A DNA stretch of 64,000 bases, from the IMG/VR virus record IMGVR_UViG_3300020577_008200, positions 9,037 to 73,036 of that record. One strand, written 5' to 3'. Shown piece by piece: positions 1-9,656 of the stretch. The notes under the pieces were generated by a model. The model was not told the DNA's origin. It worked only from the letters and a program-made list of their open reading frames with translations, and did not search any database. A program made the translations under genes and the position numbers. The DNA is from a virus. Taxonomy: Duplodnaviria; Caudoviricetes. Positions within the stretch are counted from its first letter, which is position 1; every line of letters starts with the position of its first letter.

Positions 1-2
1 TT

Positions 3-2723
3 TTTGGTTATTGGGAAAATTTATTGGGTTTTGGAGGGTCTAAGATTAATGATAGTGGGATGCCGTGGTATTTAATAAGACAGGGTTTATTAAATATAAT
101 TAATTCTCCAATACAAACGAATTTTGGCGGACCTTTAAAATATAAAGGTTATTCTTATAATTTAGATTTGAGCCAATTACCAACTACCTCGAATTCGTAT
201 CGTGTTGGAGGTGGTACAAATATGAGTTTGATGGCTATCATTCAAAATGTTTGTGATGAAAATGCTTTAGATTTTTTCGTTGATATGACTCCGGGTACTA
301 GAAATATTAGAGTTAGAACTGTAAGTAGAAGGTTACAACCTCCAGTTGGTTATATTCAACAGTTAATAAATGAAAATTTAGCAACTGGACTATGCGTTAA
401 TAGTACAGTTGGATTGGAAGCTAGAAATGAAACAACTTCAGCCTTTGTAGTTGGAGGCGAAGTTACTACTATATATGAAACATCTTCTAATCATACTGTT
501 CATCAATATTTTGGTAAAGATGTCAATAATAATCCAATTATAGGAATTGGAACTGATTATTCTATGACAGCTTTATTAAATTCTTCTGAAGTTAAAGATA
601 TAATTGGAACTAATGGGTATTATTGTTCGGCATTAGAAATGTCTTGTGCTTTAGCAGATATTAATACTTGGTTAAATTATATGTATGCTTTAAAGCCCAC
701 ATTTTCAGATATGATAGGTATCATTTCTCCAAATGTTAATCCAGCTATAAATATTTTGCATGGGCCAGTAGTTCCAGTTTTCCCAGCAGATACTTTAAAT
801 TTAGCTCCTAATTTTGTAGCCGCTGCTTCTGGTATGAGCGTAGAAGATATTTCTAATTATATTATTCAACGAATGTATAATTTTGTTCAAAAAATTTCTC
901 AAGAATTTTTGGGTAAAAAATATTTAATAGAAATACCTTTTATGTTTACTCAAACTGAGTCTGAAACAGGGAGAATTTTACATAGCTATGATGTTACAAA
1001 CGCTGGATATATAGAATCTGGAGTAGCTCCGTTGGGATTATCGTCAATATTTGCTGATAATTTTAAAACTTCTGATAATAGATATGAGCCTATGGCGGTT
1101 CAAGCAGCTTTATCTGGGGCTGATTTAAGTAGAATTAATACTGGCGATTATTTAGTAGATATCTATGGTGGCGGGAAAATTTATATTAAAATATCAATTG
1201 ATGAAGAAATAGTATTTTTAGATGAATTAACTCCATGTGTAGTTGTTACGGTAAATAATCCTATATATAATGTTCCTATTGACGCTACTGGCGCTGGAAT
1301 CGCAGAAATTGCAGCTATTTTCCAAATGAATACTGTAGACTGTGCTAATTTAATGAATAGTTTAGGAGCAGGAAATTTCTTCGGAAAGATATCTCCGTTA
1401 CCAGTCAGCCCTACTGGATGGGCTATACCTCTTAAAAGTAATATATTAAGTTATGGACCGTGGTATAAAATTGGGGCTTATGGAAAAGTTAATTTTATTC
1501 ATGACTCAGGATTAGTTCCGTGGAATTATGGTAATTCTACTGTAATGGATTTAGCCGCGAGAGCTAAAGTGGAAGAAGCTGTTAGTTATCAACAACAAGC
1601 TGAAAGCGGGTCAATAGAATTGGTTGGTGCGCCAATATTTAATATTGGAGACCAGCTTCAAATTTCTAGTAACGCTTTATTAGGACCGTCTCTAACTGGT
1701 ATGGATATTAGATATAGTGATAAAGGAGTTACAACAACTTATAGAATGCAAACTTTTTCAGCTAATAGACTAGGAACTCATTATAAAGGTGAAGTTGAAA
1801 GATATAAAAAAGCTGCTTTATTAAATAATAAGTTAAATAGAGATGCTAGACAATTATGGAGAAAAAGCCTTTTACCTAATCCGAATTTAGCTAATATAGA
1901 AATATCCACTTTAGCCTCTTCGCAATTAAGAGGTTGGCCTGGACAATTTCAAAGAAATTCTCCTCATGCTTATCTTATTGGTATGGTAGATAGTGACGCA
2001 GAATTTTCTGATTTAAGAAGAACTTCGGTAACAACTACTTCAGATAACGAGTTTATAACTTCTATTAATATTAATTCTGACTATTATAATAGAACAGCGG
2101 CGATGTCTTTAACTGGAATTGTTAGACCTTTTAGTACCATGTATAACCATGAAGAAATGGCTTGTTATGAATTGCCAAACCCTTCTTATACTGACGCTAT
2201 AGATGGCACTTTTTTAAATCCTTTTAAAGTTAATAATGATGTTGAAATATATATACATGGAAATAGTTACAGCGATGCCCATTCATATTTAAATGATGGG
2301 CCAGATGAAAATGTTAGAGGATTTGCTCTCAGAGGCCCGTTAATATTAAGCGGCTGGGGCTGGTGTACTGATGACGCATTTGTTCCTAACTCAAACCCAA
2401 CCGATTTGAGTGGTGGGGAACTTACGAATTATTTAAGAAAATCTTGGTACTGGAAAACGGGAGCAGTTGACCTATTGTGGGATGACGAGCGCAAAGTTTG
2501 GACCCCTCACGGTTTCATGTGTGGAAAAACTATTGGGGCTATTCCTAGTGGAAGTAGTGGTTTAGTTAAACTATGGTCAATAACTGGAGAGATAACCGGG
2601 CGAAAGAAAGATAGAACAGTGTATAATTTTTTTAGCAGAACAGTGCCGGCTTTAACTAAAATTCAAGCGTGTTGGAATCCAGATATTACCGCTTGGGTTA
2701 TTATAAGTGCTGACTGTCCATAA
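3..2723 (+). CDS. Large putative virion (tail/baseplate hub-like) protein, 5'-truncated by the window edge
   Basis: The frame is open from position 3 (TTT GGT TAT TGG...), so the TTG at 24 is probably not the real start. Beta-rich, Gly/Asn-rich composition. The segment GSIELVGAPIFNIGDQL...LTGMDIRYSDKGVTTTYRMQTF resembles tail hub proteins. Function is inferred. Confidence 0.5.
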   Translation, partial: FGYWENLLGFGGSKINDSGMPWYLIRQGLLNIINSPIQTNFGGPLKYKGYSYNLDLSQLPTTSNSYRVGGGTNMSLMAIIQNVCDENALDFFVDMTPGTRNIRVRTVSRRLQPPVGYIQQLINENLATGLCVNSTVGLEARNETTSAFVVGGEVTTIYETSSNHTVHQYFGKDVNNNPIIGIGTDYSMTALLNSSEVKDIIGTNGYYCSALEMSCALADINTWLNYMYALKPTFSDMIGIISPNVNPAINILHGPVVPVFPADTLNLAPNFVAAASGMSVEDISNYIIQRMYNFVQKISQEFLGKKYLIEIPFMFTQTESETGRILHSYDVTNAGYIESGVAPLGLSSIFADNFKTSDNRYEPMAVQAALSGADLSRINTGDYLVDIYGGGKIYIKISIDEEIVFLDELTPCVVVTVNNPIYNVPIDATGAGIAEIAAIFQMNTVDCANLMNSLGAGNFFGKISPLPVSPTGWAIPLKSNILSYGPWYKIGAYGKVNFIHDSGLVPWNYGNSTVMDLAARAKVEEAVSYQQQAESGSIELVGAPIFNIGDQLQISSNALLGPSLTGMDIRYSDKGVTTTYRMQTFSANRLGTHYKGEVERYKKAALLNNKLNRDARQLWRKSLLPNPNLANIEISTLASSQLRGWPGQFQRNSPHAYLIGMVDSDAEFSDLRRTSVTTTSDNEFITSININSDYYNRTAAMSLTGIVRPFSTMYNHEEMACYELPNPSYTDAIDGTFLNPFKVNNDVEIYIHGNSYSDAHSYLNDGPDENVRGFALRGPLILSGWGWCTDDAFVPNSNPTDLSGGELTNYLRKSWYWKTGAVDLLWDDERKVWTPHGFMCGKTIGAIPSGSSGLVKLWSITGEITGRKKDRTVYNFFSRTVPALTKIQACWNPDITAWVIISADCP

Positions 2724-2736
2724 TGAGGGAAAATGA

Positions 2737-3357
2737 ATGGCAAGTATAAGTTTTTATGCCGGTGAAGATTTTAATATCTATGATGTTAGTGCTTCCGGTT
2801 TAGGGTTTTTCGGAGGAGGGTTTGGGATATCTATTCCAGTCGGAACTGGTTATAATACTAGAACTTTTATAACTAACTCAGTTGGAACTATAGAAGGACC
2901 AGAGGTAGATAATGTTAGATATGTTTCTAGTACAGGAGCAGTTTTAGGACAAACTGGAGTTCCTATATTACTAACGCAAATTCCTAACTATCTATCCACA
3001 TTGAATGTTAGATTTACTCATTCAACAGGTGTTAGGACCATGAATTCTGAATTCAGAATTTTTGATAGAAGCAATATTAATAATCCTCCGAGTGGAGTTA
3101 CGTGTAAAATTGCGGAAATTATTCATCCTGCAACTACACAAACTAATGTTGGTTCTGGGGACGCGACCTGGGTATTAGGTAGTGGAAGTGGGTCTAAACT
3201 TAGTTTAGTAGACAGTCCTGGTACTAGCGGTCTTAGCCCATCAGGTATTAGCACTATAGATAGTAGACATGATTGGTATGTAGCTATCACAGTATCTCCA
3301 GATACAATAGGAGCGCATACTAATTTCGGAGCTTATGTGAGTTGCGAATATTTGTAA
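2737..3357 (+). CDS. Putative virion structural protein
   Basis: 206 aa, G/S/T-rich and beta-strand-like. GAGGG SD upstream. Co-oriented with the upstream structural gene. Confidence 0.5.
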   Translation: MASISFYAGEDFNIYDVSASGLGFFGGGFGISIPVGTGYNTRTFITNSVGTIEGPEVDNVRYVSSTGAVLGQTGVPILLTQIPNYLSTLNVRFTHSTGVRTMNSEFRIFDRSNINNPPSGVTCKIAEIIHPATTQTNVGSGDATWVLGSGSGSKLSLVDSPGTSGLSPSGISTIDSRHDWYVAITVSPDTIGAHTNFGAYVSCEYL

Positions 3358-3429
3358 TTAAAATGTGAATAAAATTAGTGGTTTGAAATTAAGTTCTACT
3401 ATTAGATGAGAATTTAATTGGAAACAAAA

Positions 3430-3451
3430 TAGCCGTCAATTAAGACGGCTA
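3430..3451. terminator. Intrinsic terminator between convergent gene blocks
   Basis: TAGCCGTC-AATTAA-GACGGCTA is a perfect 8-bp stem, followed by TTTTGTTT on the - strand, at the +/- strand switch. Confidence 0.75.
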
Positions 3452-3468
3452 ATTATATTGTTTTCTAA

Positions 3469-3993
3469 CTATCTCCAACCGAACATTAATTTTACAGCTT
3501 CTTCTAATAATATTTTAATTATTTTCCCCTCCCCCATACTTATTACGTGCTTTACATTAACAAGCGTTCCATCTTTTTTCTTGGATGATAATCCTAACCA
3601 ATATACATCGCCGGCCTTTTGGAATTTAAGAATAGTATTCCCTAAAGGTGTTTGGTGAAATACGGACCCTCCTTTTCCATCTTTAGCTGGCATTCCAGCA
3701 AATTCCTTAGTTCCATCCAATACACAGAGAAGTTCTCCAACATCTAAAGCTTCCATTTTAAATGTAACTTTTTTATTCTTATCTGTCCAAGCGAAACTAG
3801 CATTTCCCTCAGAGTCAAGTCCAGTTTGTTGAGCGGATTCTAGGAAAAGGTACACATGATGCCTTCCCTGCTTATCCGCTATTTTAATTTGCAGACGCGA
3901 AGCGGCTCCTGAACCCGATTTGTTCGGCTTATAAATTCGATATTCTGGAAAATAAATAGTTTCCATTTTTTGTTTAACATCTTTTTCATTCAT
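3469..3993 (-). CDS. Whirly-like ssDNA-binding protein
   Basis: Motif order matches the plant Whirly domain: IYK..., FAWTDKNKKVTFKMEALDVGEL (cf. YDWxKKQVFSLSVTEIGxL), VFHQTP (cf. FFHDP), C-terminal helix ending MFGW (cf. LIGW). Confidence 0.6.
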   Translation of the reverse strand: MNEKDVKQKMETIYFPEYRIYKPNKSGSGAASRLQIKIADKQGRHHVYLFLESAQQTGLDSEGNASFAWTDKNKKVTFKMEALDVGELLCVLDGTKEFAGMPAKDGKGGSVFHQTPLGNTILKFQKAGDVYWLGLSSKKKDGTLVNVKHVISMGEGKIIKILLEEAVKLMFGWR

Positions 3994-4127
3994 TTACTTG
4001 CTCCAGTGTTATTTCACCCTCTTCACATTGTATAGTGGTGGGTATATACGGAAAATGAGTTTTTTCATCAATATAGGTAATCGTTAGCCTTTTTAAATCA
4101 AAGGCCACTATATTATCCACGATATTA

Positions 4128-4964
4128 TTATTTAGTTTCACCCGGTATTTCATTTTTAACATCCCATGAGGTATCCCAATATGTGGCCCAACTATCAGAC
4201 CAACCTTTAATTTTTTCCGGCTTGCTCTCTGGTTTTTGTTGGAAGCTGCTCAAAGCCCCAGACATTTTAATAGCTGTTGCGTATGGAACTTCATTAATAG
4301 TTCTATACTTATTTCTACCCATATTAATATATTTCATTAAATGAATATCGTTTCGCTTTGCTATATTCACTAAGAAGTTAATTTGAGCTAAAGTTATCTT
4401 TCCTTGTTCAGTAGGATTATCCGCAATTGGAGCTACGGTAGTTACCTCTTCTGCTGCAATGACTCTCTTCAACATTAGAGCTTTTCTTAAAGCTCTAGCT
4501 TCCGCTCTAGTAGAGGCGGTGGAGCTAGCGAATCTGCGATATTCAGCCTCACAGTTTTGCTCATTAACATCTGCTACTTCTTTGAAGTATCTATCTTCTT
4601 TACTATATTCGTCCAATTCTCGATACCATTTAATACCTACTTTGTGTTCTACAGTAGCACAAAAACCGTTCTGAGTAGTTGGGGCTTGAATTACATTACA
4701 CTCACTTAGAAAAATATCTCCTAATAGTTTTCTAGCAACTCTTCGCAAACCGTCTACAGTAGGATTACCATCCATTAGCTCGTCTTCACCAAACTGCTTT
4801 AATACGAAATCAGACCAAGTTTCGTCTACCATAAGTGGGTCTGACAACTCTTCTGCTAGTAATGATTCTTTTCTTTCTCCTGAAAGAATAGGAAGTTCTT
4901 CATTAGCCTCTAAAGAGTTTAAATTGACTGAGTCTAAAACACCTACTTCATTTTCGTCACCCAT
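4128..4964 (-). CDS. Rad52/Sak-like single-strand annealing protein
   Basis: PTVDGLRRVARKLLG...ASSTASTRAEARALRKAL resembles the Rad52-fold helix motif. Small C-terminal helical domain (ITLAQINFL). Confidence 0.5.
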   Translation of the reverse strand: MGDENEVGVLDSVNLNSLEANEELPILSGERKESLLAEELSDPLMVDETWSDFVLKQFGEDELMDGNPTVDGLRRVARKLLGDIFLSECNVIQAPTTQNGFCATVEHKVGIKWYRELDEYSKEDRYFKEVADVNEQNCEAEYRRFASSTASTRAEARALRKALMLKRVIAAEEVTTVAPIADNPTEQGKITLAQINFLVNIAKRNDIHLMKYINMGRNKYRTINEVPYATAIKMSGALSSFQQKPESKPEKIKGWSDSWATYWDTSWDVKNEIPGETK

Positions 4965-4966
4965 TA

Positions 4967-5740
4967 TTACATTACCTCAATTTCAATAAGACGTTTATCT
5001 TCTTCCGGGAAGTTGGATTTAATACAGTTTAAGGTATCTAACACCTTTGTCAAGACTTTTCTTTTATGTATTTGAGAAATACTCTTAACTAAATGTTTAA
5101 CTCTAATTACTACGAAACCGCCATTGATTAACAAACCGTTCTTCTTATTATCTGAAACTAAATGTTTAGCTAAATTTTCTTCACCCCAAATTGGGTAAAA
5201 GTGTGCCGGTCCATCAACTTCTATTACAGTATTTAATTCTGGTATATAGATATCCATTTCTAGTTTTTCACTAGCTACTAAGTGTGTTCTATGGAAATCT
5301 GGTTTATAACCATTTCTTCTAAGCTCTATCACTAAGAATCGTTCTAATTTGGACCCGAATTCTGCGGACTCTCTAACAGCTTCCGAAGCCGCTTTTCTAA
5401 ATTCTTCTCTTTCATCATCAGGCATACTTTCCCAATTTTCCTTAGCAATTTGGGAACGCCTTGCTCTTTCATTCTCGCTCATATCCTGCCACTGTTTAGC
5501 GATAGCTTCACTTATCTTAATTTTAGTAGCTTCGGAACGTTTTTTCCCTTTAGTTGGATGATTATGTCTTCCGCTTTCTAAAGCATCTTTTTGAGCCTCA
5601 CTCTTATCTCTCATCTTAACACCGGCATCAGTCAAGATTCTCCTAACCTTATTTGGGTAGGTGCTAAATTCTTTAGCTATAGCGTAAGTGCTTTTTTTAT
5701 CTATTATGCAAGCATTTATCACATATTCTTCAGCAGTCAT
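4967..5740 (-). CDS. Homing endonuclease-like protein: NUMOD3-like repeats plus a DUF559/Vsr-like PD-(D/E)XK domain
   Basis: KGKKRSEATKIKISEA (NUMOD3-like) and LEMDIYIPELNTVIEVDGPAHF. Confidence 0.7.
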   Translation of the reverse strand: MTAEEYVINACIIDKKSTYAIAKEFSTYPNKVRRILTDAGVKMRDKSEAQKDALESGRHNHPTKGKKRSEATKIKISEAIAKQWQDMSENERARRSQIAKENWESMPDDEREEFRKAASEAVRESAEFGSKLERFLVIELRRNGYKPDFHRTHLVASEKLEMDIYIPELNTVIEVDGPAHFYPIWGEENLAKHLVSDNKKNGLLINGGFVVIRVKHLVKSISQIHKRKVLTKVLDTLNCIKSNFPEEDKRLIEIEVM

Positions 5741-6201
5741 TTTGTTATTTCCAGTAATTTATCAATATTGAAATCTTCTATAATATATTTTACTTTAGTG
5801 TTCCACATACTTTCGATTAGTTTAGCATGGTTTTTACATCTTGCAATTAAAATTAATTTTGGATTGGAATAAATTTCTTCTAATTTTGAGTAATCTTTAT
5901 CAATTAAATTTATCCATTCCAAATCCCAAATGTAAAAGAATTTATTTCTTATAGTAGGAATTCGGATAATATCTTGAGCCGAATTTAAATTAGTCGCAAT
6001 CACAGGCCCGTCATATCCCCACATCTCTACTGATTGCATACAAGAAAATTTAGGGTCTAATGAATACTTAATTAGATTTTCGTAGAAACCAATAATATCA
6101 GTTTTATATTCTTTTTCCAAATATAGATTTATATTATTTATAATAAGATAGCTTAATTGACTAGCCCCGAAACTAGAAACAGCTATTCCTAATTTTCTCA
6201 T
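5737..6201 (-). CDS. Glycosyltransferase-associated hypothetical protein
   Basis: 154 aa, GT-B N-lobe-like (FFYIWDLEW), translationally coupled within the GT cluster. Confidence 0.4.
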   Translation of the reverse strand: MRKLGIAVSSFGASQLSYLIINNINLYLEKEYKTDIIGFYENLIKYSLDPKFSCMQSVEMWGYDGPVIATNLNSAQDIIRIPTIRNKFFYIWDLEWINLIDKDYSKLEEIYSNPKLILIARCKNHAKLIESMWNTKVKYIIEDFNIDKLLEITK

Positions 6202-7079
6202 TTTATCTCCAGTTGGTTGAACACTTGGTTTATACGATGTTCGTAAGTATGGTTATCTAGAATCCAGTTAGTAGAAATTTTACCAATTAATTCTTGATAA
6301 GTTTTGACAGTATCAACCATACAGTAATTACCAAAAAGATTTTCGTATTCTTTATTAGCTCCCAATATTAAACATCGTCCTTTACAAGCTAATATCTTAA
6401 ATATACGTTCGCTAGGTGAATATCCTTTATTATTAGTAACGCTGAGATTCAAATCTGAATTTGATATTATATTACAAAATACATCGTTGTTAGTTATAAT
6501 TCCCAGATGATTTGCTACTGACCAATTGCCGAAACCGTAGATTTTTATTCCAAAATCTAAATATGGATAGATATATTTTTTAATATTCTCCTCTTTGGAG
6601 GGTTCCCACTGGCCGATGAAGCTTATTGGAGAATAATATCTATTATCTATATCTTTTGGTTTAAAACGGGTGATATCAGCAGCGGGTAAGCAGGAGAAGC
6701 ACCTTATACCACTCCAATAAGGTAGGTAGTTTTCAAAATTTTGACTAAACATGGTTTGATATTTAGATTTTAATTGATTTACATATTTTTTTTCATCTTC
6801 AGTAGCATCTTCGTAATCATTTAGAAATATAATAGCTTTGGTTTCATCAAATTTGCTATCTAATAGAACTTTAGTTAATGAGCGTGTTAAATCTCGACTG
6901 TGGCACCAGAACACATCAGGTTGGTAAGTATCAAAAATATCAAAAGAAGATATATTTTCATTACCGTTCCACATTCTCACATCACAATCTTTCCTTAGAG
7001 ACAGAGCGTTACTCCAACCGAGGGAGTGGCTTTGAATGTCGGGTGTGGTTGCCTTTCCTGCAAAAATTAATATTTTCAA
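6198..7079 (-). CDS. CgeB-like (GT-B) glycosyltransferase
   Basis: ISFIGQW...KIYGFGNW...SERIFKILACKG...NHTYEHRI. Confidence 0.7.
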   Translation of the reverse strand: MKILIFAGKATTPDIQSHSLGWSNALSLRKDCDVRMWNGNENISSFDIFDTYQPDVFWCHSRDLTRSLTKVLLDSKFDETKAIIFLNDYEDATEDEKKYVNQLKSKYQTMFSQNFENYLPYWSGIRCFSCLPAADITRFKPKDIDNRYYSPISFIGQWEPSKEENIKKYIYPYLDFGIKIYGFGNWSVANHLGIITNNDVFCNIISNSDLNLSVTNNKGYSPSERIFKILACKGRCLILGANKEYENLFGNYCMVDTVKTYQELIGKISTNWILDNHTYEHRINQVFNQLEIK

Positions 7080-7780
7080 AATTTTCCTTCCCCGGCTAAT
7101 TTTTCAGCCTTTTCAATATCTTTAGAGTCATCTATTTCTTGGATGAACATACTTGGATTTTCATATACTTTTAATTTTAAATTATGTTTACTAATCATTT
7201 TATTAAGTATTTCATAAGTTAAAAATTTATCTTGATAAGAACGGTTTACTATAGCGTTAAATAAGTTCATATCTTTGTAATCTAAATACAGTATATGCGC
7301 CCATTTTTTAAGAATTGAATATGAAAAGTTAACAACTGCTTCATTTTCATATTTAACTCCTATTTCCATTGAGTCAAATTGGTCATTCGTATCTAAAACA
7401 ATTCCACTTTTATCGAAATTTAAATTTTCAATTGTTTCTTTATTAAATATCAAGTCCCCATATACTATCAGGTAGTTATTAGCCGGATATTTTTCTGCTG
7501 CTAAAGATATGCTTTTAGCAACATTAGTTGTTTTGTATTTATAGTTTAGTAAAACTTTTATTAGTTTTGAATCTAATTTTTCTTCTATATAAGTATTAAC
7601 TTTTTCATACTCAAATCCGGCAACTACAACTATTTTGGAATTGGGATATTTATCTGTTAATATTTTAATTTGTCTATGTATTAAATTTTTATCTTCTATT
7701 ATTAGAAGAGATTTAGGGCCGTAAGATTTCATTCTTCTTCCTAAGCCTGCCGCTGGTATAATTATTACTAAATCATCCAT
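7076..7780 (-). CDS. Nucleotidyltransferase (LicC/sugar-phosphate NTase family)
   Basis: IIPAAGLGRRMKSYGPKSLL signature, YGD, C-terminal EIDDSKD. Confidence 0.85.
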   Translation of the reverse strand: MDDLVIIIPAAGLGRRMKSYGPKSLLIIEDKNLIHRQIKILTDKYPNSKIVVVAGFEYEKVNTYIEEKLDSKLIKVLLNYKYKTTNVAKSISLAAEKYPANNYLIVYGDLIFNKETIENLNFDKSGIVLDTNDQFDSMEIGVKYENEAVVNFSYSILKKWAHILYLDYKDMNLFNAIVNRSYQDKFLTYEILNKMISKHNLKLKVYENPSMFIQEIDDSKDIEKAEKLAGEGKF

Positions 7781-8387
7781 TTGTTTTTACTCTTTTAATT
7801 GTATCTGACAGAATGATATCTTTTGAAATTTTGAAATCTTCTATTTTAGTAGTATTTTCTTTTTCAATATTGGAATAAAGAATTTTTGGTAAGTGATATA
7901 GAACATATTTTTCACTAATTCTTAACCATATATCCCAATTTTCTAACACGTTTAGATTTGGATTATAAGAGCCGCATTTATCAAACACTTCTCTTTTAAA
8001 GAGTGCTGTATTTGGTATAGTATAACCATCAGTTATCTTTTTTCTATCGAATGATGTTAAGTATTGTGGAATATTATTATCATTGATGATATTAAAATAA
8101 TCAGTGTAAACTGCTCCAACATAGACTGAATGATTAATTATAGTTTTGAGAGTGTCTTCAATATAAGTAGGAAATAATATTTGCTGACCTTCTATTAATA
8201 GAACATAATCAGTTTTAGCTATAGTTTCCAAACCTTTATTAATAATTTCAGCTTTATTATGATTTCCACCTATTGAAATAACTTTTAAGTTTTTATAGGT
8301 TTGAGACTTAATACTACTAATACATTTTTGAATTTCTTCTTCAGTATTATCTTTATTAATAATAATTATTCCTACTGAATTATCCAT
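7773..8387 (-). CDS. GT2 family glycosyltransferase
   Basis: CISSIKSQTYKN...IINKGL...GAVYTDY...ENWDIWLRI. Confidence 0.8.
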   Translation of the reverse strand: MDNSVGIIIINKDNTEEEIQKCISSIKSQTYKNLKVISIGGNHNKAEIINKGLETIAKTDYVLLIEGQQILFPTYIEDTLKTIINHSVYVGAVYTDYFNIINDNNIPQYLTSFDRKKITDGYTIPNTALFKREVFDKCGSYNPNLNVLENWDIWLRISEKYVLYHLPKILYSNIEKENTTKIEDFKISKDIILSDTIKRVKTNG

Positions 8388-9183
8388 TTAATATCTCTTG
8401 ATAGCTTTTAATTAGAAAATGTTGATTATTTTTATTAGCCAAATATTTTACTTTATCTTGTAAAGAGTTTAGTATTAAAGTGTCGTCTTGACAATCTTCA
8501 TCAATTTTTGAGGCACGAATTGGATAGTTGCCTTCTAGATTTTTGTGTAATGGAAAATAAACAAAATCACCTATTTTATTTGTAACTATTAAAAATCTTT
8601 TTAATTCTACGTTGATAGCTTCATCTATATTAGCAACATACTCTTCATCTAGATTAGTTCCACTTTCCAGAATTAGATAATAGTCAGTCTTAACTTTATC
8701 TAAAGAAGTTTCTAAAGCGAATCTATCATTACTTAACATTCTATCTACTCTGAACGGTAGTTTTTGATTTTTAAGCTGTCTGATTAAATTTGGATATTTT
8801 ATTTTGTTAGAGGTGCAGTTTAAGACTATCAATGAAGGTTTTACTAATTGTTTATTTAAACTTTTTAAAGTTATTTCTAAAGCAGAGCTATCTACATCTG
8901 TAATTGGGATTATAACTTCATAATTAACTAAAAGTTCTGCCCTAACTATTAGAGGGAGATTTATTTTATTTTTACCTTCAGCCCATTGTGAAGGACGTTT
9001 AGCAGAACAGAAGCGTCCTTTAACAATCATAGTTGGAGTATTAGGATTTTGTCTTGGATGATGTATATCGTCAATAAAACTTATTTCTGCTCCATTTTCT
9101 TTGAATTTTTCATATCTTCCTAATGAGCATTCTAAGTCTCCATCGTAAAATACACATCCTTTGCATTTAGTTTCAATTTCCAT
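8380..9183 (-). CDS. Hypothetical protein with a Cys-rich N-terminus and a degenerate GT-A-like domain
   Basis: CKGCVFY...CSLG; YEVIIP...TLKSLNKQLVKPSLIVL. Confidence 0.45.
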   Translation of the reverse strand: MEIETKCKGCVFYDGDLECSLGRYEKFKENGAEISFIDDIHHPRQNPNTPTMIVKGRFCSAKRPSQWAEGKNKINLPLIVRAELLVNYEVIIPITDVDSSALEITLKSLNKQLVKPSLIVLNCTSNKIKYPNLIRQLKNQKLPFRVDRMLSNDRFALETSLDKVKTDYYLILESGTNLDEEYVANIDEAINVELKRFLIVTNKIGDFVYFPLHKNLEGNYPIRASKIDEDCQDDTLILNSLQDKVKYLANKNNQHFLIKSYQEILNG

Positions 9184-9656
9184 TATATTCTTTGTGCCTC
9201 TATTACAAAATTATAATCTTCAAAATATTTCTTAGTTATTTTAAGTCCTTTAGACTTTAGAGCTTCCTCTAAGGATATGATATTTAAACCACATTTTCTT
9301 AGGTTCCATTTTCTATCTTGTCCACCAAATAATAACTCGTTTAGTTTTAATAGGTTAATATCTCCTCTAATGTAAGCTTTATAACTTTCATCCAGGTCTA
9401 TATCTGAAATGTAAATAGTGCCATTTTTGCGAAGTTTACTAATCCAATTGTTTAACATATTATCTACTTTGTTAGAATCAAAGTAGGTTAATATTTCATG
9501 AACTCTTATTTCTTCACATTCATTATCATCCACATATTCATCTAAATTTGAGATATCTGTTTTGATTCTAGCATCTCCAACTTCCATCATACATGGGTCA
9601 AGATTAAGATAGCCGGACAATACATTTCCATTATCTATAAGTAAATTTACTTTCAT
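9183..9656 (-). CDS. Truncated class I SAM methyltransferase-like protein
   Basis: GYLNLD...EIRVHEILTYF...WISKLRKNGTIYI resembles the Methyltransf_11-like proteins of glycosylation loci. Confidence 0.6.
   Translation of the reverse strand: MKVNLLIDNGNVLSGYLNLDPCMMEVGDARIKTDISNLDEYVDDNECEEIRVHEILTYFDSNKVDNMLNNWISKLRKNGTIYISDIDLDESYKAYIRGDINLLKLNELLFGGQDRKWNLRKCGLNIISLEEALKSKGLKITKKYFEDYNFVIEAQRI

Noticed and set aside
3394-3407. TTCTACTATTAGAT resembles the 3' end of a Cas12a direct repeat
   Set aside because: It is a single copy, lacks the GT of the TGTAGAT stem arm, and has no spacers or cas genes. It is part of an AT-rich intergenic hairpin.
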